Source: Sedimentisphaeraceae bacterium JB056 (lineage in GTDB: Bacteria > Planctomycetota > Phycisphaerae > Sedimentisphaerales > Sedimentisphaeraceae). Taken from it: DNA of 64,000 nt. The notes below the pieces were generated by a model. It had not been told where the DNA came from. It searched no databases and saw only the letters and a program-made list of their open reading frames with translations. Each line of letters starts with the position of its first letter. The first letter of the stretch is position 1. The position numbers were made by a program, and so were the translations under genes. Below, piece after piece: positions 1-10,224 of this stretch. The stretch spans positions 32,001-96,000 of the forward strand of contig JBITAJ010000028.1 in NCBI GenBank assembly GCA_044440125.1. Reading direction: 5' to 3'.

Positions 1-48
1 CTGACGCTGTGCTGCTTCCATAGCAAGGTAATCAATAACTATTTTCAT
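1..48 (-). CDS. 5' end of the next polysaccharide-locus gene, truncated by window edge (MKIVIDYLAMEAAQRQ...), possibly a glycosyltransferase
   Basis: ATG at 48-46 overlaps the end of the wzy-like ORF and the frame is open to the window edge; MKIVID is a typical GT-B start. Confidence 0.5.
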   Translation of the reverse strand, partial: MKIVIDYLAMEAAQRQ

Positions 49-1300
49 TTTTAACAACCTTATTTCTATGCACATAAAAGGCAGTGATAAAACCAAGCAT
101 TATCCAATGAAATTTATCATAATATAGAGGAGAAACCATAGATATTAAAAACACGTATAGAAAATATACTACTACAATTTTTGAAATAACAGACACATTA
201 GTAATAGAAGATTTCATACCTTTGCAACCTCTTAAAAAAAGACTTAGTAATACACTAAACATCAACAGAAAGCCAATTAATCCACCGTTCGTTAAAAGTT
301 CAATATAGGTATTATGTGCATAAACGCCAATTCCAGAATAGAATCTAAAATTATCTAAGCCGACCCCAAATATAGGATGTTCAATAAAAACTTGAATTCC
401 TTTCTTAGCCAAAGTAATCCTAGCATAGTCATCACCTCCACCACCCTCTAAAGTTGCCTGGAGCCCTAACAATCTATTATATAATGTCGTCCCAATAATA
501 TTATTGAAAAACCAAACCATAAATAGTGTTCCTAAGGTCATTAATATAAGAAATATATGTGGTTTTTTGTAAACATCTCTCATATGAAAAAACAGAAACC
601 AAACTAATATTACAAATAAAAAGAATATGAGTCCCTTTTTAGATCCTGTAGCTACTATTACCTTCGCCTGAAATGGCAATAGTGCTAACATTGAAACCTT
701 AATCCATTTTTTCTTTGATAACTCGAAATATGCAAACTGAATAAAGAGCATATGATGAATAATTACCGACAAAGAGTTTGCATTGCCTGCTGTGCCTGTG
801 ATTCTTTCGCCGGTCTCAATTCCGTAATTAAAATCACCAGTGATAAACGTCAACAAAACGACTAAAAGTACTCCTAAGAAGTAAAAAACAGATAAACCTA
901 ATAAATTTTTGTAGTTATCAGAAATCCTAATTACTAATAAAAATAATATGAAAAGCTGCATAACGGTAAAAAATCTTGTCCAGAAAACAACAGGTGAGAT
1001 ATACACAAATACACCGGTGCACGACCATATTAACCAACTGCCATAAAACAATATCTCTCTGGAAACAGTAACTCCTCTTAATATTATTTTAATTAAAGCT
1101 AAAACAGTAGCAGTATAACCTATATATTTTGATAAATAGTTATATCCTTCCATGTAAGAAATAGATACAGCAGTAAATACATATATACCGAACATCAGGA
1201 CATAAAACCAACTGAACCGCTCTGTGCTAAAGTTACTACAAATATCCGGCTGTGATTCAAACTTGAAATCAGGATTACTAATTATTTTAGTTAAATTCAT
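32..1300 (-). CDS. wzy: O-antigen/polysaccharide polymerase or ligase family (Wzy_C) membrane protein
   Basis: About 11-12 hydrophobic segments; R...GNAN, TGSK.G, HPIFGVG and AHNTYIELL..GG motifs; lies in a polysaccharide locus. Confidence 0.8.
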   Translation of the reverse strand: MNLTKIISNPDFKFESQPDICSNFSTERFSWFYVLMFGIYVFTAVSISYMEGYNYLSKYIGYTATVLALIKIILRGVTVSREILFYGSWLIWSCTGVFVYISPVVFWTRFFTVMQLFILFLLVIRISDNYKNLLGLSVFYFLGVLLVVLLTFITGDFNYGIETGERITGTAGNANSLSVIIHHMLFIQFAYFELSKKKWIKVSMLALLPFQAKVIVATGSKKGLIFFLFVILVWFLFFHMRDVYKKPHIFLILMTLGTLFMVWFFNNIIGTTLYNRLLGLQATLEGGGGDDYARITLAKKGIQVFIEHPIFGVGLDNFRFYSGIGVYAHNTYIELLTNGGLIGFLLMFSVLLSLFLRGCKGMKSSITNVSVISKIVVVYFLYVFLISMVSPLYYDKFHWIMLGFITAFYVHRNKVVKNENSY

Positions 1301-1349
1301 CTACTGTCTTTTCAAAAATATATCAAACTCATAATATTAAAATGAATTA

Positions 1350-2870
1350 TCATTCACAAGGGTATTTGGTCTTTATTTTTTTTAACATTATTTTTCTACA
1401 TACAGACGCTTTGGCACTTCTTAAACAATCAATGCGAGCCAAAGACATTCGTAGATTATAAAAATATTTAGTTCCCATCTCACGACCAACAGCTTGACCT
1501 ATCTCACACTTATCTCGAACACTTTGGGCCAAATCAATATTTTGGAACATTTTCTGCACAGATATTAACCACAGCCACAACTCATAAGGCCTCACTCCGA
1601 AGGGTTTCAGTGAAATATCTCCTTTCCTAATCTTATCAGTAAGTTTTTCTATATCTTTACCACTGAAAACACCTGTGTTTTCAAACCAATCAAGATCAAT
1701 ATATTTCGAATAATGCTCATAAACAGGTCCTGAAATCCAGGCCTCATAACTTTGAAAATTCCTGCTTAAACCCTTAACTTGCCCAATCGTCTTGCCTTTT
1801 AACGCCTTGTTAGTTCTCGCCCATGGCAATCTTGCAAGCCTGTAATCTAATGATTCAAGTAATTCTGCATACATTTCATCTGTCCTGCAACAGGGGTGCA
1901 ATGACCAGATATAACTATATACCGATGGAGATGTAAACATCTGGTATAATTTGCAATACCTATTTACTACATCCATCGCTTGAGCAATCATTCCTCTCAT
2001 ATACCAACCTTGCTGAATTTGCTCATAATATTCCCATGGATATTTTGGACTTGTTCTTTCCCTCAGTTTTTTTGCGTCCAAAGCAATTTCAGAAATTCCA
2101 ATTTGGAAAGCTTCCGGTTTTAATATTTCAAAAGAATTTCTTGGCTTCAACATTCCTATCTCAATCAGATGCTTCCCTGAAAACTCTGCTCTGCCAACTG
2201 AATCACCATAGCTCCCAGCAAATACTATAGAGTCTTCACTTAAATTACTAAGTTTTTGCATTGAATGTAGATGTATAGGTGGACAAAAACAACCAATCAA
2301 TTCTGGAGAGCGTTCCGTATTCTCTATAACATCTTCAACCGTAAGAGGCGACAAAGGCTGAAATTCAAAACCACAAATCTTAGCAACTTCTTTTGCATAA
2401 ACATAGTCTCTGGAAAATTCGTCATTACTCCAGGTTAAACATATAGGCCTACGACTAATTTTCTTTTCACGATACAATTTAGCAAGTACGCCACAAACAA
2501 TCCGGCTATCTAACCCGCCTGATGTAAGCACATATATATCACTAAAACCTTCAACAGCTTCACATGCTTCTTGTTCCAACAAACCTAAAAATACACCTGA
2601 GATTTCTCTTGGAGAAGCATACTTTAAGCCATGACTGGGTATATCTAAAAATTCAATTCTTCCATCTTGCATTATTTCAGATAGCCAGGGTTGCCTTTTA
2701 ACTTCATTCAAAAGTGTCCTATCGCCTGTAGGGTAGTTAAAAGCCAAAACACCAAGTATTGCCCCAATATCTAAGGAAGGACTAACAACACAATTAAGTG
2801 CTTTCTTGAAATCAGATAAAATATTATTATTTACAATATACCTTGTGGAATCAAAAAGAAATTTAGACAT
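1350..2870 (-). CDS. Asparagine synthase-related ATP-dependent amidoligase (C-terminal synthetase domain only)
   Basis: PP-loop TSGGLDSR and GSYGD motifs; no N-terminal Cys/Ntn glutaminase domain. Confidence 0.7.
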   Translation of the reverse strand: MSKFLFDSTRYIVNNNILSDFKKALNCVVSPSLDIGAILGVLAFNYPTGDRTLLNEVKRQPWLSEIMQDGRIEFLDIPSHGLKYASPREISGVFLGLLEQEACEAVEGFSDIYVLTSGGLDSRIVCGVLAKLYREKKISRRPICLTWSNDEFSRDYVYAKEVAKICGFEFQPLSPLTVEDVIENTERSPELIGCFCPPIHLHSMQKLSNLSEDSIVFAGSYGDSVGRAEFSGKHLIEIGMLKPRNSFEILKPEAFQIGISEIALDAKKLRERTSPKYPWEYYEQIQQGWYMRGMIAQAMDVVNRYCKLYQMFTSPSVYSYIWSLHPCCRTDEMYAELLESLDYRLARLPWARTNKALKGKTIGQVKGLSRNFQSYEAWISGPVYEHYSKYIDLDWFENTGVFSGKDIEKLTDKIRKGDISLKPFGVRPYELWLWLISVQKMFQNIDLAQSVRDKCEIGQAVGREMGTKYFYNLRMSLARIDCLRSAKASVCRKIMLKKIKTKYPCE

Positions 2871-2908
2871 ATGAAACCTTCTTATTTAACTTAAAGTACT
2901 CTAAAATC

Positions 2909-4063
2909 TTATAGTTGGCCGTTTTTATCAAATAGCCTCTTGTAACTATATAATAAAACATCTCTATGTGACTCACAACTACAATGATTCTGCTTCATTC
3001 TCATTCTCTGATTGGCATAAATCAAAAGTTTCAACAGGTTTAATCTGCTAAATATACTTCCTATGAATCTTGGAATAGAAGTCTGACTATAAAGATAAGA
3101 TAATTTACGACTCTCCGCAAAATTATTCCACTCTTGAATGTAGTTTCCACTTTGTATATTACTACCTATGCTCAACGCCTTATTTATAATATCTTGACGC
3201 TCTTGTCCATGTAAAAGCTTGATGATCTCATCTTCTTTGGATTGACAGTAAGGTATAATATCAAAATCAATCATTTTCCGATTCTTGTTCAAATAAAACC
3301 TTACAGCATAACCAATTGCCCAATCTTTAAATTCAACTTTTCGAGGAAAAAAGAAGTTTCCCAGGCCATAAATTATCGGTACATTATTGTAAATTTCAAC
3401 ACCACCTACACAATGTGTATGATGTGCAACTATGACATCAGCACCCATATCAGCATAAAATCTATATTGTTCTACAATTCTTGGACTCGGATAATTACAA
3501 TGTTCACTCCCTCCGTGAATTATTACTATTACATAATCAGACTTATTTTTAGCATCACGAATTTTTCTTGAATTTTTGACTATATCCATAGGGTGAGAAC
3601 CTGCTTTATCTAGCTCCGCAGAGGCAAATTCATTTTCTGCAAAGTTAATAATCGCAAGCCTAGTACCGCTAATTTCTTTATAAAAAGTTTCAGAGGCATT
3701 TTTCAAATTTACTCCCGCACCAACCGTACTGAGCCTAACCCTACTACATTCTCTTAAGGTCTCCTCAAGTCCTTGCTTACCATAATCCATAATGTGATTA
3801 TTAGCCAAAGTTGCGACATTAAATCCAGAATCGTTAAGCAAATCCGCCCAAAAAGGGCCAGCCTTCAAATTAGGCCCACACTTATCAATTGTAGTCATTG
3901 AATCGGTAAGAGGACACTCAAGATTTACAATTGAAATATCTGAGTTCTCTATTTCTGGTAAAAAGTCCGAAAAAACATTCTCCGGATCAATCTTTTCTGA
4001 AGGATAAGAGTTATAACTATAACTCGGACAAAAATCTCCCGTTATTAAAATTCTAACACTCAT
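2909..4063 (-). CDS. CapA/PGA_cap family metallophosphoesterase
   Basis: GDF, NLECP, LANNHIMDYG, HGGSE, HHTH and YGLGNF motifs. Confidence 0.85.
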   Translation of the reverse strand: MSVRILITGDFCPSYSYNSYPSEKIDPENVFSDFLPEIENSDISIVNLECPLTDSMTTIDKCGPNLKAGPFWADLLNDSGFNVATLANNHIMDYGKQGLEETLRECSRVRLSTVGAGVNLKNASETFYKEISGTRLAIINFAENEFASAELDKAGSHPMDIVKNSRKIRDAKNKSDYVIVIIHGGSEHCNYPSPRIVEQYRFYADMGADVIVAHHTHCVGGVEIYNNVPIIYGLGNFFFPRKVEFKDWAIGYAVRFYLNKNRKMIDFDIIPYCQSKEDEIIKLLHGQERQDIINKALSIGSNIQSGNYIQEWNNFAESRKLSYLYSQTSIPRFIGSIFSRLNLLKLLIYANQRMRMKQNHCSCESHRDVLLYSYKRLFDKNGQL

Positions 4064-5232
4064 AATTCGTCTATTACCCTTTTTGCCTGTTCAAAACCAT
4101 TAGGGTTTTCAATATCTTCAATTAAGTGCTGTCTCCCTCTTTGGATATATCTAGTTCGGTAGTCAGTTTCTGAAAACAATTTCTTGATTTCTCTTCTTAA
4201 CTCATCCTCATTATTAGCCAACACCGCCGCTTTGCTATCTTCAACATAATGCAAACGATAAAAAGATTTCACAAATTTGATTAATATAACAGGCACATTG
4301 GCATTCATCGCCTCATATGTTACTGTACTGAAAATAGTAATTAATATATCAGATAAACCTAATATTTGTGTAGTTGAATACTCGTCTTTACAAAAAATAA
4401 CATTACCTGATTTAAAAGATTTATTCCATTTAGATACATTATTATTATCTCTTGGATGGAATTTGACTACCAAATTAAATCCCTCTTTTTCTGCCAATTC
4501 AACTAATAGTACAATCAATTTCTCTTTTTCCAGCTCTGTCATGCCGGTTTCATGATGAGCATAGAAAACAATCGGCAGATCTGAACCAAAAGGGATTTCA
4601 AACTCAAAAGATTTCACATTGTTTTCTGTATTTTCTTCTAAAATGGGATTCCCCAACCAGATAAATTCAGAATCTTTTGCTCCATTATTTTTAAAAATAT
4701 CTTTTCCACTTTTATTCATTAAAAAAACATAATTAGGATTTGTTTGCCCTCTTTTTCCTCCCGTAGAAAACAATCTATTATAAAAACCGATAAAAGAGTA
4801 GATAATATTAAACTTAATAATAGGGAATGGTACGACACCATCTACCATTAGGGCAGTTTTAATACCTTTCCTTTTTGCCAATTTCGAAAAATTACTTGAA
4901 ATAATTCCACTATCTGCACCAAAAACCAACAAATCTATCTTTGATTTATTTTCTGAAATATATTTTTTTACATCTCTACGTATCATAAAAGCGATGAAAG
5001 GCTTATAAAATGAAGACTTAAACTTGAGAGACCATCTAAGTGAGGTATCCAGCTCTGAGTAATCAAACTGAAAATTTCTAGACACTGTCGCAGTTCGATG
5101 TTTCGGTTCTGATATCTTATCTACCAGAAGGATGCTTACATTAAAGCCCTTTTTTTCATTTAAAAAACAAAGAAAGTCACTAAATCTTCTTATATGCGAA
5201 CTATTAGTTGGCACAAAAACTATTCGTTTCAA
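4060..5232 (-). CDS. GT-B glycosyltransferase, putative nonulosonic-acid (KDN/sialyl) transferase
   Basis: VKFHPRD and FSTVTYEA...NVPVI motifs shared by CMP-sugar/CDP-glycerol transferases; directly follows neuB/neuA-like genes; TTG start. Confidence 0.6.
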   Translation of the reverse strand: MKRIVFVPTNSSHIRRFSDFLCFLNEKKGFNVSILLVDKISEPKHRTATVSRNFQFDYSELDTSLRWSLKFKSSFYKPFIAFMIRRDVKKYISENKSKIDLLVFGADSGIISSNFSKLAKRKGIKTALMVDGVVPFPIIKFNIIYSFIGFYNRLFSTGGKRGQTNPNYVFLMNKSGKDIFKNNGAKDSEFIWLGNPILEENTENNVKSFEFEIPFGSDLPIVFYAHHETGMTELEKEKLIVLLVELAEKEGFNLVVKFHPRDNNNVSKWNKSFKSGNVIFCKDEYSTTQILGLSDILITIFSTVTYEAMNANVPVILIKFVKSFYRLHYVEDSKAAVLANNEDELRREIKKLFSETDYRTRYIQRGRQHLIEDIENPNGFEQAKRVIDEL

Positions 5233-5249
5233 TTTTACACTTTTCCGTA

Positions 5250-6107
5250 TTAAACTCTTTTTAATTTATTCCTTTGAACTTTTTCTACGCTAAGAAGTTC
5301 ATTCTGTTTATAAGAAAGAGCTTTATAAACATTCCTAATATCTCTTACAAGCTTCCTCATACCTTGCGGTTCCAAACTCGCAGCATGATCTGTACCTTTC
5401 CATGTACGATCAAGAGTGAAATGCCGTTCTATCCACTCTGCTCCAAGAGTCATCGCCGCAATATCGGCAGCAATTCCAAGGTGATGGCCGGAAAAACCTA
5501 TCGCTTTTACCCTATCAGTAAAAGACTCTTTAATACGCGTTATTTCATAAAGGCAAATATCTTCAAACGCAACAGGATAACCCGAAGTACAACTGTAAAT
5601 AACTAAATCTTTATTTCGGCCTTTATCTTCAAAAAAAGAAACTATTTTCTCTTCTTCCTGGTGAGTAGTCATACCAAAAGAGAGATGAATTTCGCCTCTA
5701 TAATTATTACATAAAAATTCAAGAATATCAAACTTAAGGTTACAGGCAGAAGGTATTTTTATAAGTTCGGGAGAAAGCTCAGTTATTTCTTTAGCTGATG
5801 TAATATCCCATACTGAAGTACTGTAAACCACGCCGAATTCCTCACACCAAACTTTAAGCTGTCTATTCTGGTCAATATCAAGCTCCAGATTCTCTCGATG
5901 TTCTCCATAACTTTTACCGTAAGAATTGGCTGGGTTTGGGTGAGGAGCATAATATTCTTCTTCGCTAAGAAGCTCCCGCGGGCATCTCTTCTGAAATTTA
6001 ACAACATCAACTTTGCAGTACATTGCCGCCGTCATTATCATCTCACGAGCAATATCCATATTGCCTTTGTGGTTACATCCAATCTCTGCTATAATTTGTG
6101 GAATCAT
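5250..6107 (-). CDS. neuB: NeuB-family nonulosonate(-9-P) synthase, short form lacking the C-terminal AFL/SAF domain
   Basis: IIAEIGCNHKG, VKFQKR, GFSGH and ERHFTLDRTWKGTDHAASLEP motifs; 285 aa. Confidence 0.9.
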   Translation of the reverse strand: MIPQIIAEIGCNHKGNMDIAREMIMTAAMYCKVDVVKFQKRCPRELLSEEEYYAPHPNPANSYGKSYGEHRENLELDIDQNRQLKVWCEEFGVVYSTSVWDITSAKEITELSPELIKIPSACNLKFDILEFLCNNYRGEIHLSFGMTTHQEEEKIVSFFEDKGRNKDLVIYSCTSGYPVAFEDICLYEITRIKESFTDRVKAIGFSGHHLGIAADIAAMTLGAEWIERHFTLDRTWKGTDHAASLEPQGMRKLVRDIRNVYKALSYKQNELLSVEKVQRNKLKRV

Positions 6108-6109
6108 AA

Positions 6110-7270
6110 TTACCTCTTTAATATTAAATCTACGAGTTCTCTAATGGCTCCATTGCCGCCATTCTTACAAAGTTTTACGGAAGCAATCGACTTAACATCT
6201 TCATGAGCATCAGCAGGAACTACCGCACACCCTACATAATTAAGACACTCCCTATCATTTATGTCATTTCCAACATAAACAGTATTTAATTTTGCAATGC
6301 CATTTCTTGCAAGATATTTTTTCAAAAATACAAGTTTATTGTCAACAGGATTAAAATATTCCAAATTAAGTTTCTCGCATCTCTTAGCAAGAATATTATT
6401 TTGTTCTTTAGATACCACTACCGTTTTAATTCCAGCCTCCTTTAGCATGGATATCCCCATTCCATCCCCTCTATCACAAATTACTGCCTCATTGCCATCT
6501 GGAAGTACGATAACTTTATTATCAGTAAATACACCATCAAAATCAAACACAACAAGCTCAATATCTAATGGTAAGTGACTTTGCTGTTCTACTCTTTTTA
6601 AGAATTGCATAAGAAACTCTACCTTAACCCAATCCGAAGGATCATCAATTTCCACACTTCGAGAAGCGTCCATAAGATAAGCCGATGTCTTTCCAAAAAA
6701 ACGGTGCTTGGCAACTCTAAAACCAGTTGCATTCATCACATAAATGGCTCCATTCTCAAGATACTGCGTATCCATATCTTGTCGCATTAATCGTTTACTT
6801 TTATCATGGTTTATTCCATCCATATTGCCTTTGATATCATGCCAAAGCATACCGTGAAACTCAAAAGCTGTAAAAAGAGAGTCAGCATTCTTGTAAATGT
6901 AAGTACGAACAGCTCCGTCTATATCACAAGCTCTTGTAAACGGAGAGGTACACTGAAGGAAAACTATTATATCCGGTTTATAGCCCTCGCCCTTCTCAAG
7001 AACATCAATAACATGGAGTAAAGCCTGCTCCGATGACGCCTTATCACCTGAAATATCCGAAGGTCTATCAATTACCTCGGCTCCCATATCAATTGAGCAT
7101 GCCTTAATTTCAGCATCATCCGTAGAGACTACTACTCTTGTTACATATTCAGAATTTATAGCAGCTTCAATTGTGTAACCAATCAAAGGCATACCACAAA
7201 GCAATTTAATGTTTTTACGCGGTATTCCCTTTGAGCCTCCACGAGCAGGTATTATTGCTAATATATTCAT
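6110..7270 (-). CDS. neuA: Acylneuraminate cytidylyltransferase fused to a KdsC/YrbI-like HAD phosphatase
   Basis: N-terminal IPARGGSKGIPRKN; C-terminal FDFDGVFTD, VGNDIND and GGNGAIRE. Confidence 0.9.
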   Translation of the reverse strand: MNILAIIPARGGSKGIPRKNIKLLCGMPLIGYTIEAAINSEYVTRVVVSTDDAEIKACSIDMGAEVIDRPSDISGDKASSEQALLHVIDVLEKGEGYKPDIIVFLQCTSPFTRACDIDGAVRTYIYKNADSLFTAFEFHGMLWHDIKGNMDGINHDKSKRLMRQDMDTQYLENGAIYVMNATGFRVAKHRFFGKTSAYLMDASRSVEIDDPSDWVKVEFLMQFLKRVEQQSHLPLDIELVVFDFDGVFTDNKVIVLPDGNEAVICDRGDGMGISMLKEAGIKTVVVSKEQNNILAKRCEKLNLEYFNPVDNKLVFLKKYLARNGIAKLNTVYVGNDINDRECLNYVGCAVVPADAHEDVKSIASVKLCKNGGNGAIRELVDLILKR

Positions 7271-7340
7271 TATATCCCCAAAAAAACTTTTGTTTGATTC
7301 AAAATAATTCGCTAAAAAACCAACTTAAAAAGAAAAAACT

Positions 7341-8630
7341 TCATATTTTTTTTCTAATATTATAAATTTCAGTAAAATCAGTCTTCTTGTAGCGAAACAG
7401 TTCGATAATTCTACAACTATTTCTGCGACAAAAAGCTACAAGCAATAAAGTAGAACTGATAACATAACTTGTTGCCATACCAACGCTTGCTCCCTTAACA
7501 CCCATTATAGGAAAAAGTATCCATAGCAACATGAGATTAATTACAGCTCCTATTGCAACACTTATAGAAACAGTACCAGGTTTATTTGTTCCAAGCAGGT
7601 AAGGCACAAAGACTTTGCTAGTTGCTCGAAATAAAACACCCAATACTAAAATTCTTACAAGTGGAACAGCCGGTAAAAATTCGTTTGAAAACAATACCCT
7701 AATCATTAAAGGAGCTGCAACGAAAATTCCAAGAAGCAGTAAACCACATACTAAAAAAGTTAGTCGTGCACATTTGGCTACTAATTGGTATCGCCCCTTC
7801 TCATCTGGAGCAACACGAGACATAAGTACTGTAACAAGCGAATCAGGTATAACCATTATTCTGGTCGTAATCATAGCTGCTAATGAAAATAAACCAATAT
7901 CCTCTTTAATAGCAAAAAAAGCGAGAAGTATTGCACCAACCTGAAAATTAACCTCATTACTCAATTTGCCAAAGTAGTATCTCGATCCAAAATGGAGCAT
8001 TTCTATAGTATGGCTCTTTGAAGGATTAACCCACACAATTCCAAATTCTTTCCTTAAATAAATCAAAGCTAAAATAACACTAAATGCACATGATATGATA
8101 TTGGATAAAATGGCACCAGTAACACCCATCCGAAGTACCAGAATTAAAAGAAACATGAAAATCAGCTGGATGATTCCATTAAAAGTTTGCAAAATAGCAA
8201 ACCATTTAAATCTTCCGACTGCGGTCATAAGCTTTATGATTGAACCAGCTAAAACGACCATAGGGATTCCGCTCAACGCAAGAACAAAATCATTGTGGTT
8301 AGCTTTAGAAAAAAAAACCCAATCTAATCTAAGCAAGTAGAGGCCTGTCACGATAGCTAAAAAAGAGCCGGTGCAACTATAGATAAATGTCATAACAACA
8401 CCTTCTGAGATTGTCATTCTTTTTGACGCTACAAGATAAACGTTAGCTACATCACAGCCAAGAATAAAAATAAGGGTTAGTAATGTTGTAAAAATTAAAC
8501 ACACTGCATAAGATCCTCGACCAGCAGGTCCAAGAGTCCACGCAAGACAACTTTGTGATGCCAATGACAACACAATAGTCAATATTTTTGCCCCAAAAGA
8601 AAAACCCAAATCTTTTACACCAGACGACAT
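7341..8630 (-). CDS. wzx: Wzx-type oligosaccharide flippase
   Basis: About 12 TM segments; LGPAGRGSY N-terminal MOP-family motif; locus context. Confidence 0.85.
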   Translation of the reverse strand: MSSGVKDLGFSFGAKILTIVLSLASQSCLAWTLGPAGRGSYAVCLIFTTLLTLIFILGCDVANVYLVASKRMTISEGVVMTFIYSCTGSFLAIVTGLYLLRLDWVFFSKANHNDFVLALSGIPMVVLAGSIIKLMTAVGRFKWFAILQTFNGIIQLIFMFLLILVLRMGVTGAILSNIISCAFSVILALIYLRKEFGIVWVNPSKSHTIEMLHFGSRYYFGKLSNEVNFQVGAILLAFFAIKEDIGLFSLAAMITTRIMVIPDSLVTVLMSRVAPDEKGRYQLVAKCARLTFLVCGLLLLGIFVAAPLMIRVLFSNEFLPAVPLVRILVLGVLFRATSKVFVPYLLGTNKPGTVSISVAIGAVINLMLLWILFPIMGVKGASVGMATSYVISSTLLLVAFCRRNSCRIIELFRYKKTDFTEIYNIRKKI

Positions 8631-8765
8631 TAAAAACCAATCATTTATTATAACATTTCAACGCAAAAACTATCCACCAGCAATAATTCACAAACGCACT
8701 TCCATCACTATTAAAATCCACACGATACCTATACTATCAGGCCACTTAACATCGGCTACATTACG

Positions 8766-10064
8766 TCACGCCCTGCCTATGCTGTAGTATTTTATTCCCT
8801 GCTTTGCGATATATGCTGGGTCGTATAGATTACGGCCATCAAAAATTACCGGCGTTTTTAGTTCTTGTACAAACCTCTCAAAATCCGGTGTTCTGAATTC
8901 CTGCCAGTCTGTCATAACTATTAAGCCGTCAGATCCCTTTATTACATCATATTCATTATCGCACATCTTAACACTATCACCCAACACCAATTTTGAATTA
9001 TCCATAGCTTCAGGATCAAAAGCCTTGATTTTCAAGCCTGCTTCAATAAATTTCTGTATGCATCTTATCGCCGGCGACTCACGTATATCATCCGTCTTAG
9101 CCTTGAAAGCTAATCCCCATACACCTAAAGTAACATTTGACATATCTTTATAATAGTCAATTACTTTTTGAGCAAACCTATCTTGCTGGCGGTAGTTAGC
9201 TGCCTGAACAGCCTTGACAATGGTCATGTCAACACCTTTTTCATCACCCATAAAAGCCAAAGCCCTTACATCCTTTGGGAAACAGCTCCCGCCGTAACCA
9301 AGCCCTGCAAAAAGAAATGCATTACCGATACGTGAATCACTTCCAACACCATGACGTACATTCTCGATATCTGCACCAAATTTTTCACACAAGGCAGTTA
9401 GCTCATTCATAAAAGTAATTCGAGTTGCAAGCATTGCATTAGCCGCATATTTCGCCATTTCTGCACTTGCCGGATCCATGAAAATAATACGGCTGCTCTT
9501 TCTCATAAACGGAGCATAAATTTGCTTCATTATCTCTCTAACAGAGGGGCTATCAGTACCGACTATAACTCGATCAGGCTTCATAAAATCATCTACAGCA
9601 CTGCCCTCTTTAAGGAATTCAGGATTGCTGACATAATCAAAAGGATGCGATGTATTAGCTCGAACGATCTCAGAAACCTTAACATGAGTACCAATTGGAA
9701 CAGTACTCTTTGTCAAGATTATATGATAATCATTCATCGCTTTTGCTATCTCCTCAGAAACAGCATACACCGCTGACATATCAGCTGAACCATCTGGAGC
9801 ACTTGGAGTTCCCACTCCAATAAATGTAACTAATGTGTTTTGCACACCCTGTTTAATATCAGTTGTGAATATTAGTCTTTGTGCATCAACGTTACGCTTG
9901 ACTATCTCAGTAAGTCCTGGTTCATAAATTGGGATATGCCCACCATTCAAGCGACTGATCTTATCCGCATCATTATCAACACAAATAACATGGTTACCAC
10001 CTTCGGCAAGACAAGCTGCAGCTACCAACCCTACATATCCAACACCTACAACTGAAATTTTCAT
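8766..10064 (-). CDS. ugd: UDP-glucose 6-dehydrogenase
   Basis: GVGYVG Rossmann motif, SNPEFLKEG, catalytic GYGGSCFPKD, GLAFKAKTDDIRESP. Confidence 0.95.
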   Translation of the reverse strand: MKISVVGVGYVGLVAAACLAEGGNHVICVDNDADKISRLNGGHIPIYEPGLTEIVKRNVDAQRLIFTTDIKQGVQNTLVTFIGVGTPSAPDGSADMSAVYAVSEEIAKAMNDYHIILTKSTVPIGTHVKVSEIVRANTSHPFDYVSNPEFLKEGSAVDDFMKPDRVIVGTDSPSVREIMKQIYAPFMRKSSRIIFMDPASAEMAKYAANAMLATRITFMNELTALCEKFGADIENVRHGVGSDSRIGNAFLFAGLGYGGSCFPKDVRALAFMGDEKGVDMTIVKAVQAANYRQQDRFAQKVIDYYKDMSNVTLGVWGLAFKAKTDDIRESPAIRCIQKFIEAGLKIKAFDPEAMDNSKLVLGDSVKMCDNEYDVIKGSDGLIVMTDWQEFRTPDFERFVQELKTPVIFDGRNLYDPAYIAKQGIKYYSIGRA

Positions 10065-10140
10065 CGCATATAATCCTATATAAATCTTTGCTAAAATCGC
10101 TCAATCCCAGAGAATCCCTTTATTTCCCGGTTTATCCCAC

Positions 10141-10224
10141 CTCGTCTTGATGCACTCCGTCCCCGTGGCTGTACTCTTTTGATTACAGCTTTCGAGGATA
10201 TACGATGGACTTCACCATCGTATC
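10141..10224 (-). promoter_or_regulatory. Structured 5' leader of the polysaccharide operon, JUMPstart/ops-like
   Basis: Hairpins ATACGATGG/CCATCGTAT (10200-10223) and CCTCG-AAA-GCTGTA/TACAGC-CA-CGGGG (10161-10197); minus strand reads AGCCACGGGGACGGAGTG, resembling JUMPstart AGCCAGGGGCGGTAGCG. Confidence 0.45.

Noticed and set aside
2909..4063. CapA as evidence of poly-gamma-glutamate capsule synthesis
   Set aside because: No capB/capC (pgsB/pgsC) nearby; the context is a Wzx/Wzy polysaccharide locus
10125..10150. GACGAGGTGGG on the minus strand resembles part of the glmS ribozyme core
   Set aside because: The upstream AGCGCC cleavage-site segment and the downstream ATCG...CGGCGGATG are absent, and the downstream gene is ugd
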